Shown: one piece after another, positions 1 to 9,788 of the stretch | Numbering within the stretch: position 1 is the first letter of the stretch | How the letters are laid out: each line of letters opens with the position of its first letter | Source: Blastocladiella emersonii ATCC 22665 | Lineage: Eukaryota; Fungi; Blastocladiomycota | NCBI GenBank assembly: GCA_025594325.1 | Contig: JANHCV010000001.1 | Span: 496,001-560,000, forward strand | Direction: 5' to 3' | Length of the DNA stretch: 64,000 nt | Translations under genes and position numbers: made by a program | Notes under the pieces: model-generated | Databases searched by the model: none | What the model was told of the DNA's origin: nothing | What the model saw: the letters and a program-made list of their open reading frames with translations, nothing else

Positions 1-308
1 TGGCGCAACGCGTCTCCCACGGGCCGGCCCGACCGCCGGGACCCGATGAGTCCACCACGTGACGCAAGCCGGATTGTCTCCCCCGGGTCCGCGGCCGATT
101 CCGAGGTGTTGCACCCGCGAGTCCCGGCTCCGCTCTCCCTCCCACCCTGCGGCGCCGCTCACGGCCCTCCCATGCAGCCTGCTACTTAAGCGACCGCGCG
201 CCACGAAGCCCCAGCGCCGCTGATCCACCGCGGACGCTACGACGGTCTCCTGTAACCCATCACAACGACGAGTGCTCGTGCTCCGACACGACCAACGACA
301 CGATCACC

Positions 309-2101
309 ATGACGCGCACGTCCAACGAGTACTCGATGGCCAAGCAGGGCCCCGAGACCGACGAGTCCATCGTCAAGGCCATCCCCGACGAGGAGGAGGT
401 CAAGCTCAACCCGAGCAGCGACGAGGAGGGTTCGTAATCCCGTTTACCGACCTCTCCGCCGTGATCGCACCACTGATGACGTGTGCGATGACGTGTAGCG
501 CCCGCCAAGACGCAGGCGCAGATCCTCGAGGACGCGCCCGACGGCGGCCTGAGAGCGTGGCTCGTCGTGCTGTCGTCGTTCCTGGTCCACGTCGTGACCT
601 TTGGTACGGCCCTTCGTCGCCTCGATCGACCTCACGTTCCATAGCAGCATCGGCGGAACGTCACGCCGCCTCGCATCGCTGCCGATGGCCACGCGGGCCG
701 ATCAGCGTCCCTGCGTCTTAGCTCCAAACTCAATCGGGCGACGGATCACTGACCGGCCCTGCCTTTGCCGCACCGCCGCCCTGCCCAACCGTAGGCATCC
801 AGTACTCGTTTGGCGTGTACCAGTCGTACTATGTCAACAACACGTTCAAGGGCCGCGCAACACCGGCCGAGATTGCCCTGATCGGCACGGTACGCACGCG
901 AGTCTCCGCCTCGGTTCCCCGCCGCCCCGCGCTCACTCGTCACCGCCCGCCCCGTCTAGGTCGGCTTCGCGGCCATCTTCTGCATCGGCATCTTCAGCGG
1001 CAAGATCGCCGAGGCGTACGGGTACCGCCAGACGGTGCTGGTTGGGTCCGTGACCATGGTGGTCGGCCTGGTCCTCGCCGCCTTCAGCACCGAGCTGTGG
1101 CAGCTGCTGCTGACGCAGGGCCTGATCGTCGGTCTCGGCAGCAGTCTGGTGTACTACCCGGCGGTCTCGATCCCGTCGCAGTGGTGGCGGAAACGGCGGT
1201 CGCTCGCCACGGGGATCGCGGTCGCCGGGTCGGGGCTCGGCGCGCTGGGGATTGTGCCCGCGAGCGACGCGATGCTGATCCACCTCGGGCTCAAGTGGAC
1301 GCTGCTCGCGACGGCGGCCTTCTCGTTCGTGTTCCTCGCGATTGCCGTCGCGCTCCTCGAGACGCGCGTCCCGCACCGCCGCCGCCAGCTGTCCGAGGTG
1401 ATGCGCACGCTCGTCGACTTCTCGCAGTTCAAGAACCCGCAGTTCGTCCCGCTGCTCGTCGGCGTGTTCCTCAACCCGTTCGCGTACCTCCTGCCGTTCT
1501 ACTTTGTGCCATGTACGGCTTCCGCGACGCGTCAATGCGAACTCGGGCGCTAACCCCTCGCGCTCACCGTGTAGCGTACGTCCAGTACCTCGGCCTCGAG
1601 CGGTCATGGGGCCCGCTGCTCCTGAACATAATCAACGCCATGTCGATTGTGGGCCGGATCGCGGTGGGTGCCGTGGCCGATCGCATTGGCAACGTGAACG
1701 CGCTGTTCCTCGCATGCATCGGCGAAGCCGTTTCCTGCATCGGGATCTGGATGTGGTCCGCGACCCCGGGGATGCTCATCTTCTTCGCCATCTTCTTCGG
1801 GCTCGCGGGCGGCGGGTTCGTGAGCCTGATGCCGAGCGTGTCGGCGCAGGTGTGCGGCGTGCAGAACCTCGCCGCGACCATCGGCCTCGTGTACACGGCG
1901 CTGTCGGTCGGGCACCTCGCGGGCCCGCCGCTGGCCGCGCTGCTCGTCGACAACTCGGTCGACCCGGCGACCGCCGTGGTGCCCGCGGGCGGGTACGCCG
2001 GGCTCATCATCTACGGCGCCGTCACCGCGTTCCTCGGGTCGCTGGCTATCCTGTACCTGCGCGTCGTGGTCATCGGTGGAAGTTGGCGCGCCGCGCGGTG
2101 A
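309..2101 (+). CDS. MFS monocarboxylate-type (MCT/Mch-like) transporter, 5 exons (introns 430-498, 604-794, 890-959, 1513-1574)
   Basis: Splicing at GT..AG sites gives one frame containing the MCT N-terminal motif PDGG-x-x-AWLVVLSSF, GIQYSFGVY, GKIAEAYGYR, GRIAVGAVADRIG and about 12 hydrophobic helices. Confidence 0.9.
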
Positions 2102-2357
2102 GCGTGTGGGCCTTAGGGCCAGAGTTGTTCACATTGTATCCGTTTTCATCACTTGGCGGGGAAGTTCATTAACGCAGAAGCCGCAGCAAAGCCACACAGC
2201 GGCCGACGCTCGTTCGGGGCGTCGGCGCCGGGGCCTCGGGAGTGCTGCTTTTAGCACGGCTGCGGTTCGAGCCGCCACCGTAAACCGTAAAAGCGTCCGC
2301 CCCCGCCCTTTCTCTCGCTTGAGCATCGCCGAGCTACACTTCACGACGACGACGACC

Positions 2358-3756
2358 ATGACCTCGCAGCGCCCACGTTCCCGCTCACGCCGCGCGGCAG
2401 CCGCCGTCCCCGTCGTGACCCTGGCGGCCATGGCCACCGCCCTCCTCCTCACCCTGACCGCCACGGCCGTTGACGCGCGGTTCCCGCCAAAATCCGAGTG
2501 GTGCATCAAGGCGTTCTGCGCGGATCCGCCAGCGGACCTGCTCAAGGCGTGGACCGAGCAGGAGCACAAGGTGCTCGGGACTGCGAAAGTGTGCGGTGAC
2601 GGCGTGTGCAACGTGGCCGAGGGCGAGTCGTGCGCCAACTGCCCCGCGGACTGCGGCGGCCGGTGCACGATGCCCACGCCCATCAACAAGTGTGTCAAGG
2701 AGGGCATGGTCGCGCTCACGTTTGATGACGGGGTTTCGCAGGTACGCCGAGGCGCGAGGTGGGGGTTGATGGAGCGTGATCCCGGCGACTGACACGCGGG
2801 CGGGCGATGTATTTAGTACACGGAGGAGCTCGTCAAGACGCTCAACGGGCTCGGGATCAAGGCCACCTTCTTCATGCTCGGCACCGTCGTCATGGCCAAC
2901 CCGAAGCTGCACCCGGCCATGAAGCTGGTGATTGAGTGTACGCTTCCCTGCCCTCGCCACCGCATCGATGGACATCGCTAACCCGTCAACTATAGCCGGC
3001 CACGAGATTGGCCTGCACAGCTTCAACCACCGCAGCTACGGCCCTGGCGGCCGCGTGGACCCGCCGACGGACAAGGCCAAGACCATGGACCCGATCATGG
3101 TGCGCACCGAGACCGTGTTCAACGACCTGGCCATCCAGTCGGTGATCGGCCGCCGGCCCACCTTCCTGCGCCTCCCGTACCTCGAGTGGACGCCCGACTC
3201 GCTGGCGATGCTCGAGACCATGGGGTACACGGCGGCGGGGATCAACGTCGACAGCGACGACTGGCGGACGCAGGCCGAGGGGAACGTCGACAAGCTGGTC
3301 GCCTCGTTCACGGCGGCCTTCCACGCGGCGCGCGCCAAGGACAGCAGCTTTATCAGCCTCCAGCACGACACGCTGCAGTTCTCGACGAAAGCCGTCCCCG
3401 CGATCGCAGCCTTCCTCAAGCAGCAGAACCTCAAGGCTGTCACCATGTCCGAGTGCCTCGGGATGCCGGCCTACCGCGCCGATGGCGACTCCCCGTTCCT
3501 GAACCGCAGGCTCGGCAAGGGTGGGCCGCTGGCTGGGAACAGCACGGCCGCGGAGCCTGGACGCGCGCAGGCGAACTCGACGGCGGCGGAGACCGCGGGA
3601 CCTGCTGGGACTGGCGTGAGTAATGCGGCGGCCGCGACGCCGACGCTCGCGCCGGGAAACGCGGCGTCGCAGATGAGCGACGCGCCCATGGCCAAGTCGA
3701 CGACGACCGCCGTGTCTTTGCTGGCGCTGGCGCTGGCCGTAGCTGCTCTGCTCTAG
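2358..3756 (+). CDS. Secreted, probably GPI-anchored CE4 polysaccharide (chitin) deacetylase, introns 2742-2816 and 2938-2995
   Basis: All five CE4 motifs are present after splicing: TFDDG, HSFNH, RLPY, DSDDW, LQHD. N-terminal hydrophobic signal; C-terminal Ser/Ala linker and hydrophobic tail. Confidence 0.9.
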
Positions 3757-3835
3757 ACTACTGATCGTTATTTTTTTGTAATCATTGCAAACCTAGCTCG
3801 TATATGTATATCACCCACTCTCTAGCCCCTCCTAT

Positions 3836-5478
3836 CTACTCCTTGCACACGCGCACGACTGCGACGAGCGACGGGTTGAGGCACTTGTCAGGATGCACGC
3901 CGTACACCTTGACGTCGCCCACATGCCCGGCCTTGATACTCTGCGGCCGGACCGTGAGCGTGACGGGCGCCGCCGTCTTGCCCGCCTTGGCCGCGTCCGC
4001 GACCGCGGGCGCGACGAGGGTGCGCAGGTCGGCCGAGTTCCACACCTCGTGGCGCTCGGCGTCGCCCGAGAACTGCCACGCGACCGCGGTTTTCACGGAA
4101 TCGGCCGACACCGAGAGCGTCACGGCGTCGGGGTCCGCGACCGTCGCGGCGCCGTACATTTGCAGGAACGCGTGGTCGACGACGACCTTGCTTCCCTCGG
4201 GCACGGCGGGGACAGGGAGCGCGAACGCGAGCGTCGTCGGCACGTCGGCGCGCTTGAGGTCCACGAGCCCCGACACGCCGTCCTGCGTCAGCGGGACGTT
4301 GACGGCGGCGGCCTCGACGTGGTGCGCGGTACACTTTTTGGGGTCGCGCTTGACGAGCAGGTCGCGCGCGGGCGTCGCGTCGAGCGTCATGGCGAACTGG
4401 TCGAGGATCGTGCCCTTGGTCGTCTTGAAGTAGCACCGGGCGCGGTTCGGCGCGGTGCCGCTCTCGTTGAACTTGCAGAACAGCGCGCCGAACCCGCCGC
4501 TCGACCCGTCGTCGGCCGTGTACTTGGTCGCCCACCACTCGGCGCTCGCGTAGGGGCCGTCGCCGTACAGGAACCGGCCGCCGGTGCCCGTCACGGCGAC
4601 GAGCGAGCGGCCCGGGCGGATCGTGAGGTCCGAGGAAGACTTGGACACGATGGTCTGCGACTCGAACGACGACAGAAGGTGCGTGCGCGAGTACCCGTGG
4701 TTGTGCGCGTTGAAGACCAGCGCGCCGTGCTTCAGGCACGTCTCGTACGCGGCCCAGCCGACTAGGAAGGGTGAAACGGGACGCGTCCGAGGTCAGATCA
4801 TGATCGCGATCAGGTCACGCTCCGATCAAAAGGCGTACCCTCGTCGTTCTTGTCGCCGACATTCAGCTTCTCCTGGTTCTTGTGCCAACCGACGAGCTTC
4901 CACGCGTCGGCGGGCGCGGCCGCGAGGGCCTGGTCGAGGAACGTCTCGTGGCCGGCGCCGCGCGTGCCGACCCCACTCGTCACAATCGTAACCCCGCCAA
5001 ACGAGCACGTCGACTTGACACCGACCTCGCCCGTGCAGTACTTGTCCATGCCGAGCCGCTTGTACCGCTTGGCGATCACGTCGGCGTAGCCCGCCCACTT
5101 GCGCAGGTCGTGGTTGCCGACCGAGATGAAGACTGGCGTTTGGGGGAGCACGCCGTCGAGCTGCGAGATGAACCGCGCCGGATCGTCCTTGTAGTCGAGG
5201 TCGCCATTGATCACCACGGCCGACGCGCCCTCGGCCTTGATCAGCTTGTACACGTCCAGCGTGTCCTTGCCCAGGATTGTGTCGCCCGTGATGGCGATCG
5301 TCAGGCCGCGGTCGACGGCCGTCTTGGTGGCCTTGGCGGCGGCAGAGCGAGCGCGCAAGAGGTGCGGCTGGTGCGGGAGCACGCCGTGCGCCGAGTTGTC
5401 GCACGCGACGCCGAACGCCGCGGCAGGCGACGCGGTGATGGTCGCGAGGAGGGCCAGGAGGACGAGCAAGTTGGCCAT
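3836..5478 (-). CDS. Secreted calcineurin-like metallophosphoesterase with C-terminal beta-sandwich domain, intron 4762-4838
   Basis: Signal peptide; motifs ITGD, INGDLDY, VGNHD, GWHKN and NAHNHGYSRT. The intron joins GDKNDE to VGWAAYE in frame. Confidence 0.85.
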
Positions 5479-5920
5479 GGTCTCTAAAAATCTAGCGAGG
5501 GTGTGGATCGACAGCTGAGGGGGCGCGCGTGAGCTTTATACCCGCCGCCGCTGCCGATCCAAAGTGTGCGCAATGACGAACGTGGGCCTGCCGACCTAGC
5601 TGCGCACGCGCGAGCCCCGTCGAGCAAACCCTCGCCCTCCGAACCCGCGCACGCCAAAGCTCCCACCGTATTCCCACCGGCCACGAGCTCGCGTGCGCAC
5701 GTTTCGACCATCGACTTGCCGGCGGGGGAGAGCGCGGCGAGCAACGGCACGCTCGTCAACGAGCACCGAATCCGTCGACCCCTCGGACTCGCGTGCGTCT
5801 GACAGGGTCCGCGGGAGAAACGTGTTGTTGTTGCTCTTTGAACCGCTGATTTTTTCATTACGGAGGGAAGGAAGATCACAGTGCATCACAACACCGCGTC
5901 GCGTCGAGCGTCGAGCGGGC

Positions 5921-6021
5921 TTAGTACGGCTTGGTGTACGGCGACCCGTAGTAGCTCGACTGCTGCTGGAGCGGCGCGTGCTGGCCACCCTGCTGGCCCT
6001 GCTGCTGACCGCCGGGCGCGC

Positions 6022-6064
<43 letters not shown>

Positions 6065-7561
6065 AAGCTGACCGTAGCTCGGGTACCCGGTCGACGGCGC
6101 CGGCGTGTACGGCGCGGGGGCACCCGCACTCCCACTAGCGCTGCCGTAGGTCGGCGGCGGGACCGTGGCGTAGCCCGGGTAGCTGCCCTGGTGCTGCGGG
6201 GCCTGCTGGGGCGCCTGGCCGCCGGCCTGTTGCGAGTACGGGCGCGGAACCGTGGCGTAGCCGCCGTACCCTGCGTACGGCGAGGGCGCGGCGGGTGCGC
6301 CGGTCGCCTGCGGCTGCTGGGGCGGGTAGGCGGGCGGGCCCGACGCGGGCGCGGTCGACGGCGACTGGGTGTAGCTGGACGCGGCGGCAGTGGGCGGCGG
6401 CGGGTACGCGGACTGCTGCTGCGGCTGCTGCGAGTAGGGCGACTGGGCCTGGGACTGCGACGCGGGCTGCTGCGAGTACTGGGCCGACGAGGCCGAGGTG
6501 GGCGGGAACGAGCTCGAGGCGGCGGCGTTGCCACTGGGCGGGGGCGGGTACGAGCCGCTCGACGCCGAGGGGGCGGGCGGGTAGCTGGACGAGGCCGGCG
6601 GCGACTGGTAGTACCCGCCGTTCGCGGGAGCCGAGGTCGCCGACGCCGCAGGCACGACAGCGGGGGAGAGCGGCGGGGCGGGTGCGGGCGACGCGATATT
6701 CGCGCGGGGCGGCTCCTGCGGCGCGGGCGCAGCCTTGCTCTTCGGGGTCGCGTGGGACGGGCTCGAGACGGCCGTGTGCTCGAGGAGCGACGCGATATCG
6801 TCGTGGTCGAGCGGGCGCACGTTCTTGTCCTTCTCACGCGCCGTCTGCAGCGCGGCGAGGACCGAGTCGACCTGGGTCTTGATGCCCGACAGCGCCGAGT
6901 GCAGGGCGACGACGTTGCGGCCGGCGAGGCTGAGGCCGCGCAGGTCCAGGCTGGCGTCGTCGGCGGGCAGCGGCAGCGTGTCGCGGTCGTTGACGAGCAG
7001 GCGCAGCGTGGGCGACTGGGTGAGGGCGTGGACCAGCTCGTCGTCGGACTCGAGCATCACGGGGTCACCGTCCTCGTCGAGGTAGCGCAGGACCAGGTTG
7101 GCGATGTTGGGCGACAGGCGCTTGGTCGACCGGAACAGGGCGTGGACCGTCGCGCACAGGTCGGCGTGCGTCGGCGACGGGTTGTGCAGGACCAGGCGCT
7201 TGATCGTGGACCCGAGCGTGGCTGGATGGGTTACCGGTGTCAGTGCAGGCAGGTTTGGACTAGTAAGAGACAAGGAGGTACCCTTGATGACGATGCGCGA
7301 CGACGCCGACGAGGCGCCCGGGTACGGCGACGACTTGGCGGCGGCCAGGTTGCCGAGGCTGGTCGCGCTCATGGCCGAGGCGTACATGCTGCTCGACGGC
7401 ATGGGCGGGGCGTTGGTGGCGGCCGAGGGCGGGGCAGGCGTGCTCGAGGCGCTGGGCACGGCCGACGGCGGGCCCTGCGGCATGGCCGGGGTGCCGGCCG
7501 ACGGCGGCGGCGGGTACGCCGAGTAGGCCATGTTCTCGTTGGATCCGCGCGCTGACTGCAT
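5921..7561 (-). CDS. TFG-like protein: PB1 domain + coiled coil + Pro/Gln/Tyr-rich tail; 60-nt in-frame intron 7222-7281
   Basis: PB1 with IVIKATLGSTIKR and the acidic OPCA motif YLDEDGD, followed by a short heptad segment and a PQSY-rich low-complexity C-terminus. Confidence 0.75.
6023..6064. repeat. (CTG)14 microsatellite = CAG polyglutamine tract in the TFG-like gene
   Basis: 14 uninterrupted CTG units read directly. Confidence 0.95.
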
Positions 7562-7854
7562 GGGTGAGGCCGGTTGGTGAGGGAGAGCGGGCGCCGAGAG
7601 GGGAGGGCGAAGAAGAAAGCGACGAAGGTGGCGCAAAACGCGATCGAAAAACTGGGGCCGCCCGCACGTGCGCCTGAACCGCGCAAGGATAGCGCGTGCG
7701 CCGCTCACGTGCCGCGCTCCCAGGCTGCCGCTGCTGCGAGCGCGTCCGTCGGCCTCGTTCTCCAGTCCTCCACGTCCCCGCTCCCGAGCGCCCACCACCG
7801 CGACTCGCTGCAACGCACTCTCCACGCATCGAGCCACCCGAACCCGCAGAGCAG

Positions 7855-9588
7855 ATGATGAGCGGCGCGGGACCTGACGCGCCCAAGCCGGGGGCGGCCG
7901 CCGGCGGCATCGCCGAGATCCAGATGCACATCCGCCGCAACGCCGAGGAGTACCGGTCCGCCGTCGACGAGCTGCTCGACTGGGAGAAGGACATCAAGGG
8001 GGGTGCCGCCAAGCCCGGCAAGGCGACTGCACCTGCCCCGCTCCCGCCCGTGCGCGGCGCGGCGGCGGGCACGACGACGCAGACCATTGGCGCGCCGTCG
8101 TCCTCGGGACCCAAGACGGTGGCGCCGCGCGACTACCGGTCGTGGGACAAGGTCGACGTCGACGCGCTGCTGCAGGAGATGGACAACGACGACAATGCCG
8201 CGTACCACGCCTCCCGCTCGGCTCCCGCACCCGCGCCCGAATCCCCCACATCCCCGCCTGCGCGCAACCCGGAGCTCGCGCAGGTCGAAAAGGAGATGGG
8301 CAACGTGTACTTCAAGAAGTCCAAGTACGCCAAGGCCGCCCAGCACTACTCGGCCGCGATTGACCTCGACCCGGACGGCGCCGTCTACTACCTGAACCGC
8401 GCCGCCGCCTACCTCAAGCTCGACAAGCACGTCGCCGCCGAGGCCGACTGCTCCGCCGCGATTGAGCGCGACCCAAAGTCCGTCAAGGCCTTCTACCGCC
8501 GCGCCGCCGCCCGCCGCGCAGCGGGGAACACGGCCGGCGCGATCGCCGACCTCCGCCACGTGCTCGTCCTCGAGCCCACCAACCCCGCCGCCAAGGACGA
8601 GCTCGCTGCCCTCGCCCCGCCCAAGCCCGCGCCGGCACCGGTCCCGCCACGGCGCCGCCGCCTCGTCGTCCGCGAGATCGACAGCAACCCGAACGGCACC
8701 AAGGAGCCCACGCCGGTGCCCGCCGCCAAGCCAGCGCCGCTCAGCGCCAAGGAGCTCGTCTCCGTCGTCCCCGCCTCGCCCACGACTACTGCGGCAGCGG
8801 ACTCGGCGGACGCGAGCGAGCCGCTGTTCCGCGAGGTGGCGACGACGCGCGTCAAGCCGACTCCGACCGCCGACGTGCCCGCTGCCTCCTCGCCCGCGGC
8901 CGCCAAGGCGCTCGAGTCGAGCGATGCCGGCGGTGTCTCGCCCCTGCTCGCGCCGCCGCCGTCGCTCCTTGCGCCCGAACCGCCGCTCGATCTCGGCGCG
9001 CCGGTTGTGCGGGAAGCTGAGCCTGTGGCCGCAGCACCAGTCGTCCCCGCGGCTCCCGCTACTGAGGCCCCCGCTGCCCCCGCACCCGCACCACGCTCCG
9101 CCTCCCCCGCTGTCCCCGCACCCGCTCCGACTGGCTCGCACCCCATCCCACCGCCGCCCTCGGCCGCGTACGAGTTCGACCAGGCCGTCAAAGTCATGTC
9201 GCGCCGCGGCGACCTGAGCGCTCCGGGCACCCTCCCCGTGCACGTCGGCGCGGTCGCGCAAGCGTACCTGCGCAGCATCGTCCCCTCGCGGCTCCCGTCG
9301 CTGTTCCGGTCCGGGCTCGACACGGAGCACCTGGTCGTGATCCTCGACATCCTCGACGCGATGCCGGCCACCGAGGACCCGCCGCGCCCGCTCGCCATCT
9401 TCCGGTACAACTCGATGCACTACCTGTCGCAGTGCCCGCGGTTCGCCGTCACCTGTCGCATGCTCGACGCGCGGAGTCGAGGTGTCGCGGTGCGCCTGCT
9501 CGATGGGCTCGCGGCGTTCTTTGCGGGGGATGCCGCGGCGGAGGCCAAGGTCGCCAAGGTGCGCGCCGCGTACGCTGCGTGTCTGTAG
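7855..9588 (+). CDS. RPAP3: RPAP3-like R2TP co-chaperone (N-terminal helix, one TPR cluster, RPAP3_C domain)
   Basis: IRRNAEEY...LLDWEKDIK and DYRSWDKVDVD match the RPAP3 N-terminus. TPR motifs EKEMGNVYFKKSKY, YYLNRAAAYLKL, KAFYRRAAAR. C-terminal YEF...LPSLFRSGLD...LSQCPRF. Confidence 0.85.
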   Translation: MMSGAGPDAPKPGAAAGGIAEIQMHIRRNAEEYRSAVDELLDWEKDIKGGAAKPGKATAPAPLPPVRGAAAGTTTQTIGAPSSSGPKTVAPRDYRSWDKVDVDALLQEMDNDDNAAYHASRSAPAPAPESPTSPPARNPELAQVEKEMGNVYFKKSKYAKAAQHYSAAIDLDPDGAVYYLNRAAAYLKLDKHVAAEADCSAAIERDPKSVKAFYRRAAARRAAGNTAGAIADLRHVLVLEPTNPAAKDELAALAPPKPAPAPVPPRRRRLVVREIDSNPNGTKEPTPVPAAKPAPLSAKELVSVVPASPTTTAAADSADASEPLFREVATTRVKPTPTADVPAASSPAAAKALESSDAGGVSPLLAPPPSLLAPEPPLDLGAPVVREAEPVAAAPVVPAAPATEAPAAPAPAPRSASPAVPAPAPTGSHPIPPPPSAAYEFDQAVKVMSRRGDLSAPGTLPVHVGAVAQAYLRSIVPSRLPSLFRSGLDTEHLVVILDILDAMPATEDPPRPLAIFRYNSMHYLSQCPRFAVTCRMLDARSRGVAVRLLDGLAAFFAGDAAAEAKVAKVRAAYAACL

Positions 9589-9788
9589 CGCAGGAGACGC
9601 ACACCCGATTGAGATGAAATATACATGAACTGGTTCGCGTTCGCGGCGACATGACGCGCGGCCTTCGTGGGAATCTCGTAACGCTTTGCGGTGAGGTGAG
9701 GTGGCGCAGTCGGCAGCGATCCGACCGCTCGAGTCGGCGCTCCCATCAACCCTCCCTCCCTCTCCCGCACCCACCACCCCTCATCGCA

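Noticed and set aside
5596-9777. Long alternative-frame and antisense ORFs (5596-6837, 5693-7555, 7705-9777)
   Set aside because: Shadow ORFs of very GC-rich coding sequence: Arg/Gly/Ala-rich with no motifs, while the opposite frames carry recognisable domains.
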